A stretch of DNA of 32,000 nt from an archaeon (GTDB lineage Archaea > Iainarchaeota > Iainarchaeia > Iainarchaeales > CSSED10-239). Position 1 is the first letter of the stretch. Every line of letters begins with the position of its first letter. The notes under the pieces are model-generated. The model was not told where the DNA came from, ran no database searches, and saw only the letters and a program-made list of their open reading frames with translations. The stretch spans positions 1 through 32,000 of the forward strand of contig DAOOUC010000001.1 in the NCBI GenBank assembly GCA_035390665.1. The letters are read 5' to 3'. Below are positions 9,907 to 18,023 of the stretch, in pieces. A program made the translations under genes and the position numbers.

Positions 9907-10377
9907 TTATAATTTTGGTAGTGGGGTTACAGCACCACAAGCAGTACATTTTAATATTTTAACATTATTGTGTGTAGATATACTTGTGTCTGGTTTTTTA
10001 CATGCAGAACACAACACAAAGATGTTTATGAATTTATCAAGTATTATATTTATTTTGTGATTATCAAAAACACCATTTAAAACTAAAGACTGATCATTAA
10101 CAATTGTAGAAGAAGTGCTAATTTCCTTCATAACAAACTTATATAATAAATCTGGATCTCTATTAAGGTCTTTTGCAACTTTAACAAAATTTTTCCAAAT
10201 GGTTTGCTTTCCTTGAATAATTGATTGAGCTTTTGGTAATTCAAATCTAGTGGTTTCTTTTGTTTTAGCTGGTAATGCCATATATAGTCTATCAAGTAAT
10301 GGATTATAACTAATGTCTAGTTTTTCTAGTGTATTATTAGAAACATTTGTTTCTTGTTCTTTCTTTATTTTCGCCAT
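9907..10377 (-). CDS. eif2B: translation initiation factor aIF-2 subunit beta
   Basis: 156 aa. It has the eIF2beta/eIF5-type core (RFELPKAQSIIQGKQTIWKNF) and a C-terminal C4 zinc ribbon (CSACKKPDT...CTACGA). Confidence 0.9.
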   Translation of the reverse strand: MAKIKKEQETNVSNNTLEKLDISYNPLLDRLYMALPAKTKETTRFELPKAQSIIQGKQTIWKNFVKVAKDLNRDPDLLYKFVMKEISTSSTIVNDQSLVLNGVFDNHKINIILDKFINIFVLCSACKKPDTSISTHNNVKILKCTACGAVTPLPKL

Positions 10378-10413
10378 ATATAATATATATTAGGTATTGT
10401 TTTTAAAGCTATT

Positions 10414-11406
10414 TTAAGAAGCAAAAATTAAACTTATTAATTGCCCTACAAAATAAGAAATAATAATTACAAGAACTGCAATTAATGTGTTTTTAGTAAT
10501 TGTTTTTATTTTGTTTTCTTCTTGAATTATCGAAATTATTAGATTTACAAAGATAATCAATAGTAAGCCCCAAAATAAGTTAACAATTATTGCAGTTTTA
10601 AAAGAAAATAATAAGAAAGGAATAATAAAGGTCAAAGTAAATACAAACTTTCCTATAAAAACATTTAATGCAGAAGATATTGCGTGTTTTTGAGTTGTTC
10701 CTTTTTCTGTTTTTTTTGCAGAGTACATACTTATAGAATCAGATAAAGAATCTGCAACCGCAACACTAACAATTCCACCAATTACTGCTAATTTTGAGGA
10801 TGTTGCACTTAATAAACCAATCATAACTCCAAGAGTTGTTAATACCCCTCCAGAAATTCCAAATGCAAATCTGCCTAATTTCTCGAAAACTTTGTGGAAT
10901 AATATTGAAAAATTATTTTGTGATTTAATAAAAATATCAAGATAACTTTTGATTAATTTAGGCGATATATAGTCTTTAAATTTCTCAGAAACTTTATTTA
11001 TTAAAATAACGTCTTTTTCTTTCATTGCAGTAAACTCAATATATTTTCCAAAATTATCAATGTCATCTATGTGAATGACAATAGAATCTAAAATTGCAGT
11101 AATTCTTTTTTTATGAATGTGTGCTATTTCTTTTGATTTTTCTTCCTTCGTTATTATCTTATATTCAATTTTTTCAACTATTAAATCTTTTTTTATTTCT
11201 AAATTTTTTATACTTACTATCTTTTCTTCAATTTCTCCTTCTTTTCTTATCTTTGTATAAGAAAGAGAATTATCTCCGTTCTCTAAGAAATATCTATCCT
11301 CACAAACTACTTCGCTTATGATTTTTGCTCCAATATTAACTAGAAATTCTTTACTTATTTCTTTTTTTAACTTATAGCGTTTTAAATAAACAGTTGTTGC
11401 ATTCAT
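10414..11406 (-). CDS. fusion protein: N-terminal CYTH (CyaB-like) domain plus C-terminal VIT1/CCC1-family transporter domain
   Basis: Residues about 1-165 align by eye to class IV adenylate cyclase/CYTH proteins (VCEDRYF, KKRITAILDSIVIHIDDIDNFGKYIEF, SYLDIFI), but the ExExK motif is replaced by TVYLK. Residues about 175-330 carry the short VIT1 pattern (GGVLTTLGVMIGL...AVADSLSDSISMYSAKK plus three further TM helices). Confidence 0.6.
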   Translation of the reverse strand: MNATTVYLKRYKLKKEISKEFLVNIGAKIISEVVCEDRYFLENGDNSLSYTKIRKEGEIEEKIVSIKNLEIKKDLIVEKIEYKIITKEEKSKEIAHIHKKRITAILDSIVIHIDDIDNFGKYIEFTAMKEKDVILINKVSEKFKDYISPKLIKSYLDIFIKSQNNFSILFHKVFEKLGRFAFGISGGVLTTLGVMIGLLSATSSKLAVIGGIVSVAVADSLSDSISMYSAKKTEKGTTQKHAISSALNVFIGKFVFTLTFIIPFLLFSFKTAIIVNLFWGLLLIIFVNLIISIIQEENKIKTITKNTLIAVLVIIISYFVGQLISLIFAS

Positions 11407-11462
11407 ATATAGATATAATTAAAATCAATAGTTTTTTAATTGTTAACTTATAATATCTAATT

Positions 11463-11837
11463 ATGAATAAAAAGCACAAATTCTTTAGATCAGGGAAAGT
11501 AAGTGTTTATGTTTCTATAATTGTATTAAGTGTAATCATTGGAGGGATTATTTTTTGGTTAACAACTGCTCCAGATAACACAAGCAAATATAAAGATGAA
11601 GCAATTGCTAATTGTGTTTCTTTATGTAAAACTGAAATTGCAAAAGGAACAATATTAAATAGTGGTCCTTGCTTATCAAACAACATTGCAACCGATTGGG
11701 CTTGTGATATTGTAAGTAATCCTAGAAACAAGCTTATTGATGATTTGCCTGATAATCAATGTAAAGATTATAGAAGTGGGAAGGTTCGTCATTTTGTTGA
11801 AATAACTCCAGAATGTAATTATGTAAGATCAAATTAG
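11463..11837 (+). CDS. hypothetical membrane-anchored/secreted cysteine-rich protein
   Basis: 124 aa with an N-terminal TM/signal anchor (VYVSIIVLSVIIGGIIFWL) followed by a domain with six Cys. No family recognised. Its 3' end overlaps the convergent presenilin-like gene by 9 nt. Confidence 0.55.
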   Translation: MNKKHKFFRSGKVSVYVSIIVLSVIIGGIIFWLTTAPDNTSKYKDEAIANCVSLCKTEIAKGTILNSGPCLSNNIATDWACDIVSNPRNKLIDDLPDNQCKDYRSGKVRHFVEITPECNYVRSN

Positions 11838-12671
11838 ATATATCAAAATTACAAATATCATCAACACTACTTGAATTGGAAGAGCAGGTAGTGCTTTTAT
11901 TTTTGCTTTATATCTATCTAAGATATAAAATGTTATAAAAAGTCCAACAATTGAAGCAAGCCATACACTAGTAACTGCAAGAATTGAAAATAACATTGTT
12001 TTTGTTTTTATTAAAAGCATAAAAAGACTTGTCGAGACAACTGCAGGAATTACTATGTCTCCTCCACCAAGTTTATATTCTCTTTTCTTTGATGGAAGTA
12101 AAAATATTAAAGACACTTTCTTTGTAATTATCATATTTGCTAAAGTAACCATGTGTTTAGTATAAAACACAGCAATAATGTCATAAATTGCAAGAAGAGT
12201 TAAAAGTACAATCACGGGGATAATCCCAAGACTTAAACCCATAATTGTTGCTGCCCCAGATATTGCAACACCTAATAATAAATTATTGTACCATTTTGAA
12301 TAAATGGTTTCTTCCTTTCTTGTATATTTTACTATCAATAAAAATATTGTTGCAAGATATGAAAGAAACGGAGAAATAACTAAACTGAAAACTAAAGAAA
12401 TTCCAGAAAACAATGCAAGAGTTTCAATTATAAATAAGAAGTTTCCACTTTTAAAGAATTTTTTAAGTATTAAGATTACTATAGTAAAAAATATTATATA
12501 ACCTACAATAAAAACAGCATTCCAAACACTATTTGGATTTTTATCAATTATTGTTAATTGTAAGTTTTGAGGAATCAAGTGTATTGAGATAATTAAACTA
12601 AGAATCTGGCAAAACAAAAAAATTCCAAAAAAAGATAATATAAATGTTTTGTCTTTTAATGCGTTGTTCAT
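11829..12671 (-). CDS. presenilin/signal-peptide-peptidase family intramembrane aspartyl protease (A22)
   Basis: 280-aa polytopic protein with all three family motifs in order: YD (LLAIYDIIAVFYTKHM), GxGD (KLGGGDIVIPAV) and PAL (KALPALP). Confidence 0.9.
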   Translation of the reverse strand: MNNALKDKTFILSFFGIFLFCQILSLIISIHLIPQNLQLTIIDKNPNSVWNAVFIVGYIIFFTIVILILKKFFKSGNFLFIIETLALFSGISLVFSLVISPFLSYLATIFLLIVKYTRKEETIYSKWYNNLLLGVAISGAATIMGLSLGIIPVIVLLTLLAIYDIIAVFYTKHMVTLANMIITKKVSLIFLLPSKKREYKLGGGDIVIPAVVSTSLFMLLIKTKTMLFSILAVTSVWLASIVGLFITFYILDRYKAKIKALPALPIQVVLMIFVILIYLI

Positions 12672-12675
12672 GTTA

Positions 12676-14799
12676 TCACATAGATGTGTTGTCTATTGGT
12701 TTTAAATAACCGTTCTTTGGCTCGTATAGTTCTCCAGATTTCTTTAGTCTTGAAATTGCATCATTTAATTTGTCTTTACCTATGTTTTGTTTTTCTAAAG
12801 TTTCTGAAAGGTCTCCATAGGAAACAGGATTGCCGTTAGTGGTCATATCTCTTATAATATTTAAAACTCTTTTAATAAATTGTCTTTCGCTTGATGATGT
12901 TCCTGTTGTTATTATGTCGATATCTATCTTTCCGGTCTCTTGATCTGTTGCTGTTTGCTCTAAAGATATTTTAAAAATTCTAATTGCTCTTTGTGCGTCC
13001 TCTAATTCTATTTTACTTTTTAATCTTACTTTTGCACTGGCTTCAGAAAGTCTTATTAGACCTTCTAACTGTCTTGGGGTTGCTGAATAACTTCCGTGCC
13101 TTCTTCCAAGATCTCTTAAGTCAATATAATAGTTTAGTATTAGATTTGAGGCTTCTTTACTTAAGGTAGGTTTTATTCTTTGTCTTGCATAAGCAACATA
13201 TTTCTTGAAAAGGTTTGCATCAACTTTTGGTAAAACTGTTTCTTCCATTCTTTCAATTTCTTCTTTTGTTAATTCCATATTTGGAGTTGAAAGTTTTTGG
13301 GCAGCTTCTTGAACATCAATAATGTGTTTTCCCATTTCTATATCTAAAGTTCTGTTCAATGTGTCTTTTATTATAAAATATAAATCAAATCTAGAAAGAA
13401 GAGAAAATGGTAAATCAATTTGCTCTATTGGATTTTTTACTTTATCAAATCTATTAAACTTTGGATTAGCGGCTGCAAGAATGGAAGTGTCTGCTCTAAA
13501 CTTAGCATAGAGTCCTGCCTTAGAAACAGAAACTGTTGCTTGAGCCATTGCTTCGTGAAGGGAACTTCTATCTTCTGGTTCCATCTTATCAAATTCATCA
13601 ATCATGGCTATACCACCACTAGCAAGAACAACAGCTCCAGCTTTAAGTGTCCAGCCACCTTCTCCAAAATCGTCTTTAATTGCACTTACTGTTAAACCTG
13701 CACCAGATGCGGACTTTCCTGCAACATACATACTTTTTGGTGCAATTGTTGCTGCGTTTCTTAATAGTTCGGACTTACCTGTTGAGGGGTCACCAACTAG
13801 AAGAACATGAATGTTTCCTCTAAACTCTTGTTTGTTTACTTTCTTTTTCACACCACCAAACATTTGTAAGGTGATTGCCTCTTTAACAATTTCGTGACCA
13901 TAAATCTTTGGAGCAATTGATTGTGTTAATAATTCAAAGACATCTTCTTTTTTTGCAAGTTGTTTAATCTCTTGTTCTTCTTCAGGAGTAATGTCTAATT
14001 CTTCAAATTCTTGATCTATTTTTTCTAAATGATTTGCAATTATGAATTTGTTATAGTTTGCTTCCTTTTGTGGTTTTAATTTTACAACACCTGTAACAAT
14101 TACTTTATCTCCTGCTGAACAGGTGTTAACAAGATCATCAGAGATATAAACTTCTAAATGATTTGCTTGTTCACTTCCTTTTAGATTTTCAATTGATTCT
14201 TGAATTTCTAGTTTCTGATAATCAATAAATTTACTTTGTTCTAAATCTATATCGAAATCTCTTGATTTACAATCACATATTGCTGGTTTAGAAAGAGTTG
14301 AACTTGTCTGCTTAATAGTGTAAGTGTTCTGACATTTTTTACATACAAATAGTCCTTCGGTCATTTTCTGTAATCTTTCTGTTATTCTTCTTATCATTCC
14401 TTCAACAGAAATTAAAATCGTTAATTGATCAGAACCAACATCTCTTATTGGAACTCTAAATTCCTCTGGGAGATTAAAAAACCTTATGTGTGGTTCAAAG
14501 TTTTGATCTGTTTGTTCTAAGATACCAACATCTATTTTTTTTAATGCTGCTTTTGCTGCTTCAAAGATTAGATTTGGATTTTCTATTAATCTTTCTGAAA
14601 GATTTAAATCAAATGCTTCAAGTTTTTTAAAATCTAAATTTAGACTTCTTTTTTCAGGATAATTAGATGCTAAATATTCTATTTCTTTTTTGTAAACAAC
14701 ATTAAAGAAATCTTCAAAAACAGAAATATACTCGTCAAGTCCTGATTCGTTTACAGAACTAGAATTGTCTTCAAATCCTTCAAAATCAAACTCTGCCAT
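12676..14799 (-). CDS. mcm: MCM replicative helicase
   Basis: 707 aa. It has an N-terminal OB/zinc domain (CKKCQN...CDCKS), Walker A (VLLVGDPSTGKSELL), Walker B (IDEFDKM), an arginine-finger region (SRFDL) and a C-terminal winged helix. No intein. Confidence 0.97.
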   Translation of the reverse strand: MAEFDFEGFEDNSSSVNESGLDEYISVFEDFFNVVYKKEIEYLASNYPEKRSLNLDFKKLEAFDLNLSERLIENPNLIFEAAKAALKKIDVGILEQTDQNFEPHIRFFNLPEEFRVPIRDVGSDQLTILISVEGMIRRITERLQKMTEGLFVCKKCQNTYTIKQTSSTLSKPAICDCKSRDFDIDLEQSKFIDYQKLEIQESIENLKGSEQANHLEVYISDDLVNTCSAGDKVIVTGVVKLKPQKEANYNKFIIANHLEKIDQEFEELDITPEEEQEIKQLAKKEDVFELLTQSIAPKIYGHEIVKEAITLQMFGGVKKKVNKQEFRGNIHVLLVGDPSTGKSELLRNAATIAPKSMYVAGKSASGAGLTVSAIKDDFGEGGWTLKAGAVVLASGGIAMIDEFDKMEPEDRSSLHEAMAQATVSVSKAGLYAKFRADTSILAAANPKFNRFDKVKNPIEQIDLPFSLLSRFDLYFIIKDTLNRTLDIEMGKHIIDVQEAAQKLSTPNMELTKEEIERMEETVLPKVDANLFKKYVAYARQRIKPTLSKEASNLILNYYIDLRDLGRRHGSYSATPRQLEGLIRLSEASAKVRLKSKIELEDAQRAIRIFKISLEQTATDQETGKIDIDIITTGTSSSERQFIKRVLNIIRDMTTNGNPVSYGDLSETLEKQNIGKDKLNDAISRLKKSGELYEPKNGYLKPIDNTSM

Positions 14800-14933
14800 T
14801 TTTTATTCCTGTTTTTTTGTTTTTAGTTTATAATATATAAGAGCAAACGCATTATATTAAAATGCAGGTAAGAAAACCTTGTGAAATTGCTAAAATACTT
14901 AAGAAATATTACAGGAAGTGAAGGGGTTTTTAC

Positions 14934-15890
14934 CTATAATGGCCTTTTTCTAGACATTCTTTTATGTATTTTCTTCATCCTTTCTATTCCAGGCACAAGT
15001 ATTTTTCCTACATTGTCTCTTTTTGCATAAATTTTATCTAGATGCCCTTTTAATTCTGTTCTTAATAATTTCTTAACTGCTTCTTTATCTTTTGGAACTA
15101 AATCATTTACAGGTGTGCTCTTTTGAGCATAGTGTTTTCCTGATTTTGTAGTTATCTCGTAAAGTTCAAAAGTGTCTGGATCAATTGCTAAAGGGTTATG
15201 ACCATTATTTAAAGTTCTAATTTTATCTTTTAAATGACGAATGTCTTGCTTTGAAATATGTGGATTTTATGCAACCCCTGCAGAAGATTTCATAAACATT
15301 CTTTTTTCTTTACCATCAATAGTCACTTTTGCTGTTGTTAAGGTGTTTGCTCTTATTGCTCTTAAAAAACCAAGATAACTTTCTTTACATGATTGATTTC
15401 TAGGGGGCGATAACAAATATTCTTCTCTTATTAATCTTCCGCTCTCTAGTGTTTTTATTATTCTTTGTATTGGTGTGTGTGTTCCTTCAATTTTATATTG
15501 CTTACTTAGTTTTTTTAAATTGACTACAAATAAAGAAAGCTTATTAGCTAGTTCTAATCCGTTGTATTTTTGAGAAAGTTTATTTAATGATTTTATGATT
15601 TCTTTTCTTTCTATATAATGCATATTATTAACATAATCTAAAACTTCATTTGAAAATATCTTTCCAAAATCTAAAAATTGGCCTCTTATTTTTAGTGAAC
15701 CAAGAACTTCTTTTCTTGACATTAGGAATTCGTAAAAGTCAGAAATAAAATCTTTAGAGGTTAATGCAAGTTCATATTTTTCCTTATCAAAAAAATAAAA
15801 CTCTGCTCTATCTGCTTTTTGTTTTATAACTATATTTTCTTTTTCTTCTTCAGGAACGTTTTTTCTTGAAAAAATAAATTCTGTTTTCAT
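14934..15890 (-). pseudogene. hypothetical gene in the MCM-RPA cluster interrupted by a single in-frame TAA (15267-15269); candidate pseudogene, read-through or sequencing error
   Basis: My manual translation of the minus strand shows the 207-codon ORF (15270..15890) followed in the same frame by TAA. Then come 110 stop-free codons (NPHISKQDIRHLKDKIRTLNNGHNPLAIDPDTFELYEITTKSGKHYAQKSTPVNDLVPKDKEAVKKLLRTELKGHLDKIYAKRDNVGKILVPGIERMKKIHKRMSRKRPL) ending at TAG 14934-14936. The first 90 of these codons contain no ATG, GTG or TTG. Confidence 0.7.
15267..15890 (-). CDS. hypothetical protein (upstream segment of the interrupted gene)
   Basis: 207-aa ORF with ATG start, helical, no Walker or zinc motifs. 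It sits between RPA and MCM in the same orientation. Confidence 0.65.
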   Translation of the reverse strand: MKTEFIFSRKNVPEEEKENIVIKQKADRAEFYFFDKEKYELALTSKDFISDFYEFLMSRKEVLGSLKIRGQFLDFGKIFSNEVLDYVNNMHYIERKEIIKSLNKLSQKYNGLELANKLSLFVVNLKKLSKQYKIEGTHTPIQRIIKTLESGRLIREEYLLSPPRNQSCKESYLGFLRAIRANTLTTAKVTIDGKEKRMFMKSSAGVA

Positions 15891-15898
15891 AAACTATC

Positions 15899-17224
15899 TT
15901 ACTCTAATTCAAAAGTACTTGCCATAAACTCTAATTGATTAGAGAAATCATTCATCTTTGCTTTTCCTGTAACTATTACGTGCTTACCAAATAATTTCTT
16001 TTCTGCTTTATAATAGATTTCATCTTTTTCTTCAGGAGTTAAATCTTTTTTAAGTTCTTCTTTTTTTACTTCAAAGGCGTCTTCTAGTAATTGGTTAAAA
16101 AGACTTACTTTTATTACTCCTGTGCCGTCATCAATATTAATTGAAGAGAAGGTGTTCATTGTTGGATCTACAGGTTTATTACAAGCCTCACAAATAAATT
16201 CATTATTTATTAAGAAAACTTTTTCTTTACATTCTGGGCATTTAAATGACCTTAATGCTCCTTTGTTAATTGTTACAACTGTTCCACTTATCTTGTAGTT
16301 GTTATTATTTTCTAAATTGGATATTTTTTCCTCTTTTATATCTGTTGTTGTTAATTCTGAAAGACTTGGTATCTTTATTTTTGTTTTTGGATTTTTAGTA
16401 ATTGTTGAGTTCCAGTTGATATATAGTTCTAACTCAGAATCAAAATTTCTTTCTTTTATTGTTACATCACTTAATCTTACTAAATCGCCTTTTGAAAAAC
16501 TATTTGAAATCTCTTTAGCAAATGCATCAAAAGCAACACACCTTATGGATTTTATTCCATCACTTACTTCAAAGTTAATTACTTGCCTTTCCTTATCTTC
16601 TTTTGTAAATGTTTTTATTGGATAAATATTTATTATTCTTGCAATGGTGTCTACTGGTGATGTTGGTGGGGAATCAATTTCAGAAATCTTAACTGCGGTC
16701 TCTTTTATTTTTGGAATGTCTATTCCTTCAGGATCTTTTATTATTTGTCCGCCTTGTCTTAATGATAGTTCTGTTTTTTCATTATATTGATTTACTCCTG
16801 CATCTTTAATAAGTAACAAATCGTTTTTTTCTAAATTTAATTCTTTAACTATCTCTGCTTTATCTTGCCATAAATTTAATTTTATAAAACCTGTTTCGTC
16901 TTCTAGGTAAAGTGCTTGAATCTTGCCATCACTTCCATCTTTTGATTTGTATATTTTTACTGGAGGAATTGATTTTACTCTTGCATATAAAGAAACAGAA
17001 TCAATGCTTGCTGAAATTTCAGAAACTTTAGTTATTGCACTAGCTTGTTGTTTTAAATCCAGATCTACTCCAAATTGCTTTGAAAGAAGAATGTTTGCTC
17101 CAACATCACTTAAAAGACCTTCGTATTTAGTTTTTATTTCTTCTAATTTTGTTTGAAGCTCAGAATCAGATTTTCCTGTTTGTTTTTTAATAATATTATA
17201 AATTTGTTCACTTGTAAGTTGCAT
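15899..17224 (-). CDS. rpa: replication protein A (ssDNA-binding, multi-OB-fold with zinc ribbon)
   Basis: 441 aa with repeated OB-fold modules (e.g. ISLYARVKSIPPVKIY.., TIARIINIYPIKTF.., YKISGTVVTINKGALRSF) and a C4 zinc ribbon embedded in the last OB (CPECKEKV..CEACNKPV), as in archaeal RPA1/RPA41. Confidence 0.88.
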   Translation of the reverse strand: MQLTSEQIYNIIKKQTGKSDSELQTKLEEIKTKYEGLLSDVGANILLSKQFGVDLDLKQQASAITKVSEISASIDSVSLYARVKSIPPVKIYKSKDGSDGKIQALYLEDETGFIKLNLWQDKAEIVKELNLEKNDLLLIKDAGVNQYNEKTELSLRQGGQIIKDPEGIDIPKIKETAVKISEIDSPPTSPVDTIARIINIYPIKTFTKEDKERQVINFEVSDGIKSIRCVAFDAFAKEISNSFSKGDLVRLSDVTIKERNFDSELELYINWNSTITKNPKTKIKIPSLSELTTTDIKEEKISNLENNNNYKISGTVVTINKGALRSFKCPECKEKVFLINNEFICEACNKPVDPTMNTFSSINIDDGTGVIKVSLFNQLLEDAFEVKKEELKKDLTPEEKDEIYYKAEKKLFGKHVIVTGKAKMNDFSNQLEFMASTFELE

Positions 17225-17308
17225 TATTTTTCACCTAATATATATTTATGAAAACAATATATTAAAAAGTTACCTGGAGCGGCCACCTTTTGTAATATTT
17301 GGAATTTA

Positions 17309-17626
17309 TTATGTAATTATTTCTCTTAATAATTTCTCTAATTCTAAATATATTTCTTTTCTTTTGCTATAGCACAAATAACAAATTTTTTGCATAACTG
17401 TATGTTTTGGCAACATAAAAATGTAATTTAATTTTAGTATACTTTCTTTTATTAACCCATCTCCTTTAGTCAATCTTATTCCAGACATTTTTAAATTACT
17501 AGTTATACCAATAACAACAATATTTTCAAAATCAGAAAATAAAACAAAGGCAGGCCTTATTTTAGAATTAGAATTATCAATAAATGGAACATCTATTAAA
17601 ACTATTTCTCCTGCTTTGACCTCCAT
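17309..17626 (-). CDS. type II toxin, PemK/MazF family
   Basis: AGEIVLIDVPFIDNSNSKIRPAFVLF...IVVIGITSN matches the MazF/PemK SH3-like core. The track start (17635) is TTG; the ATG at 17624-17626 is likelier. The gene overlaps the 3' end of the upstream antitoxin-like ORF. Confidence 0.8.
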   Translation of the reverse strand: MEVKAGEIVLIDVPFIDNSNSKIRPAFVLFSDFENIVVIGITSNLKMSGIRLTKGDGLIKESILKLNYIFMLPKHTVMQKICYLCYSKRKEIYLELEKLLREIIT

Positions 17627-17838
17627 TTTTCCCAATCCTCATCTTCTTTATTATCCCATAATTCTTTCATTTTTGTTTTTTGAGCGGCAAGCACAATTTT
17701 AAGATATTCATCTTTTGCTTTTCTAGACTTTAATAGATTAGATATTACTTCATCAAAAGATTGCCTTGGGTGCAGCTTTAATTTTTTTAAATTATTTACT
17801 ACTGTTTTTGACAACTGGATTGTTGTATATTCTTGCAT
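17602..17838 (-). CDS. putative antitoxin partner of the MazF-like toxin
   Basis: Small ORF immediately upstream of and overlapping the toxin gene. The N-terminal TTIQLSKTVVNNLKKLKLHPRQSFDEVISNLL resembles archaeal antitoxin-type DNA-binding N-termini. The track start (17850) is the GTG of a GGTGA SD; ATG at 17836-17838. Confidence 0.6.
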   Translation of the reverse strand: MQEYTTIQLSKTVVNNLKKLKLHPRQSFDEVISNLLKSRKAKDEYLKIVLAAQKTKMKELWDNKEDEDWEKWRSKQEK

Positions 17839-17920
17839 ATCTATAATCACCTATAAGTAATTATAGTTGGATGCTCTTTTAAACCCTATAGTTATATTAG
17901 TGTTTTTCAAAAGGGCATAT

Positions 17921-17946
17921 TTTTCGGGGGGGTAGCTGTCCAGTGC
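17921..17946. repeat. GC-rich conserved block, copy 1 (TTTTCGGGGGGGTAGCTGTCCAGTGC)
   Basis: Exact 26-nt match to copy 3 and one mismatch to copy 2. The upstream flank GTTTTTCAAAAGGGCAT is also shared with copy 3. It lies 83 nt upstream of the minus-strand antitoxin ATG and 78 nt upstream of the plus-strand ATPase ATG. Confidence 0.9.
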
Positions 17947-18023
17947 GAGAAACCAAAACAAAGAAATATAAATATAAAGTTGTATTATATATTTACTAAA
18001 ATATATTTTAAGAATGAGAAAAC

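Noticed and set aside
14800-14933. The MCM upstream spacer and the AT-rich spacers at 5926-6043 and 6437-6597 as a replication origin
   Set aside because: There are no ORB or mini-ORB-type repeated boxes flanking an unwinding element, and no orc1/cdc6 gene nearby. The AT-rich TATA-like runs are adequately explained as promoters of the adjacent or divergent genes.
15267-15269. The in-frame TAA as evidence for stop-codon reassignment (an alternative genetic code)
   Set aside because: TAA clearly terminates many well-defined genes in this window at the expected protein ends (ackA, top6B, the S-layer gene, the XRE regulator and others). A genome-wide reassignment is therefore not supported; this is a local event.
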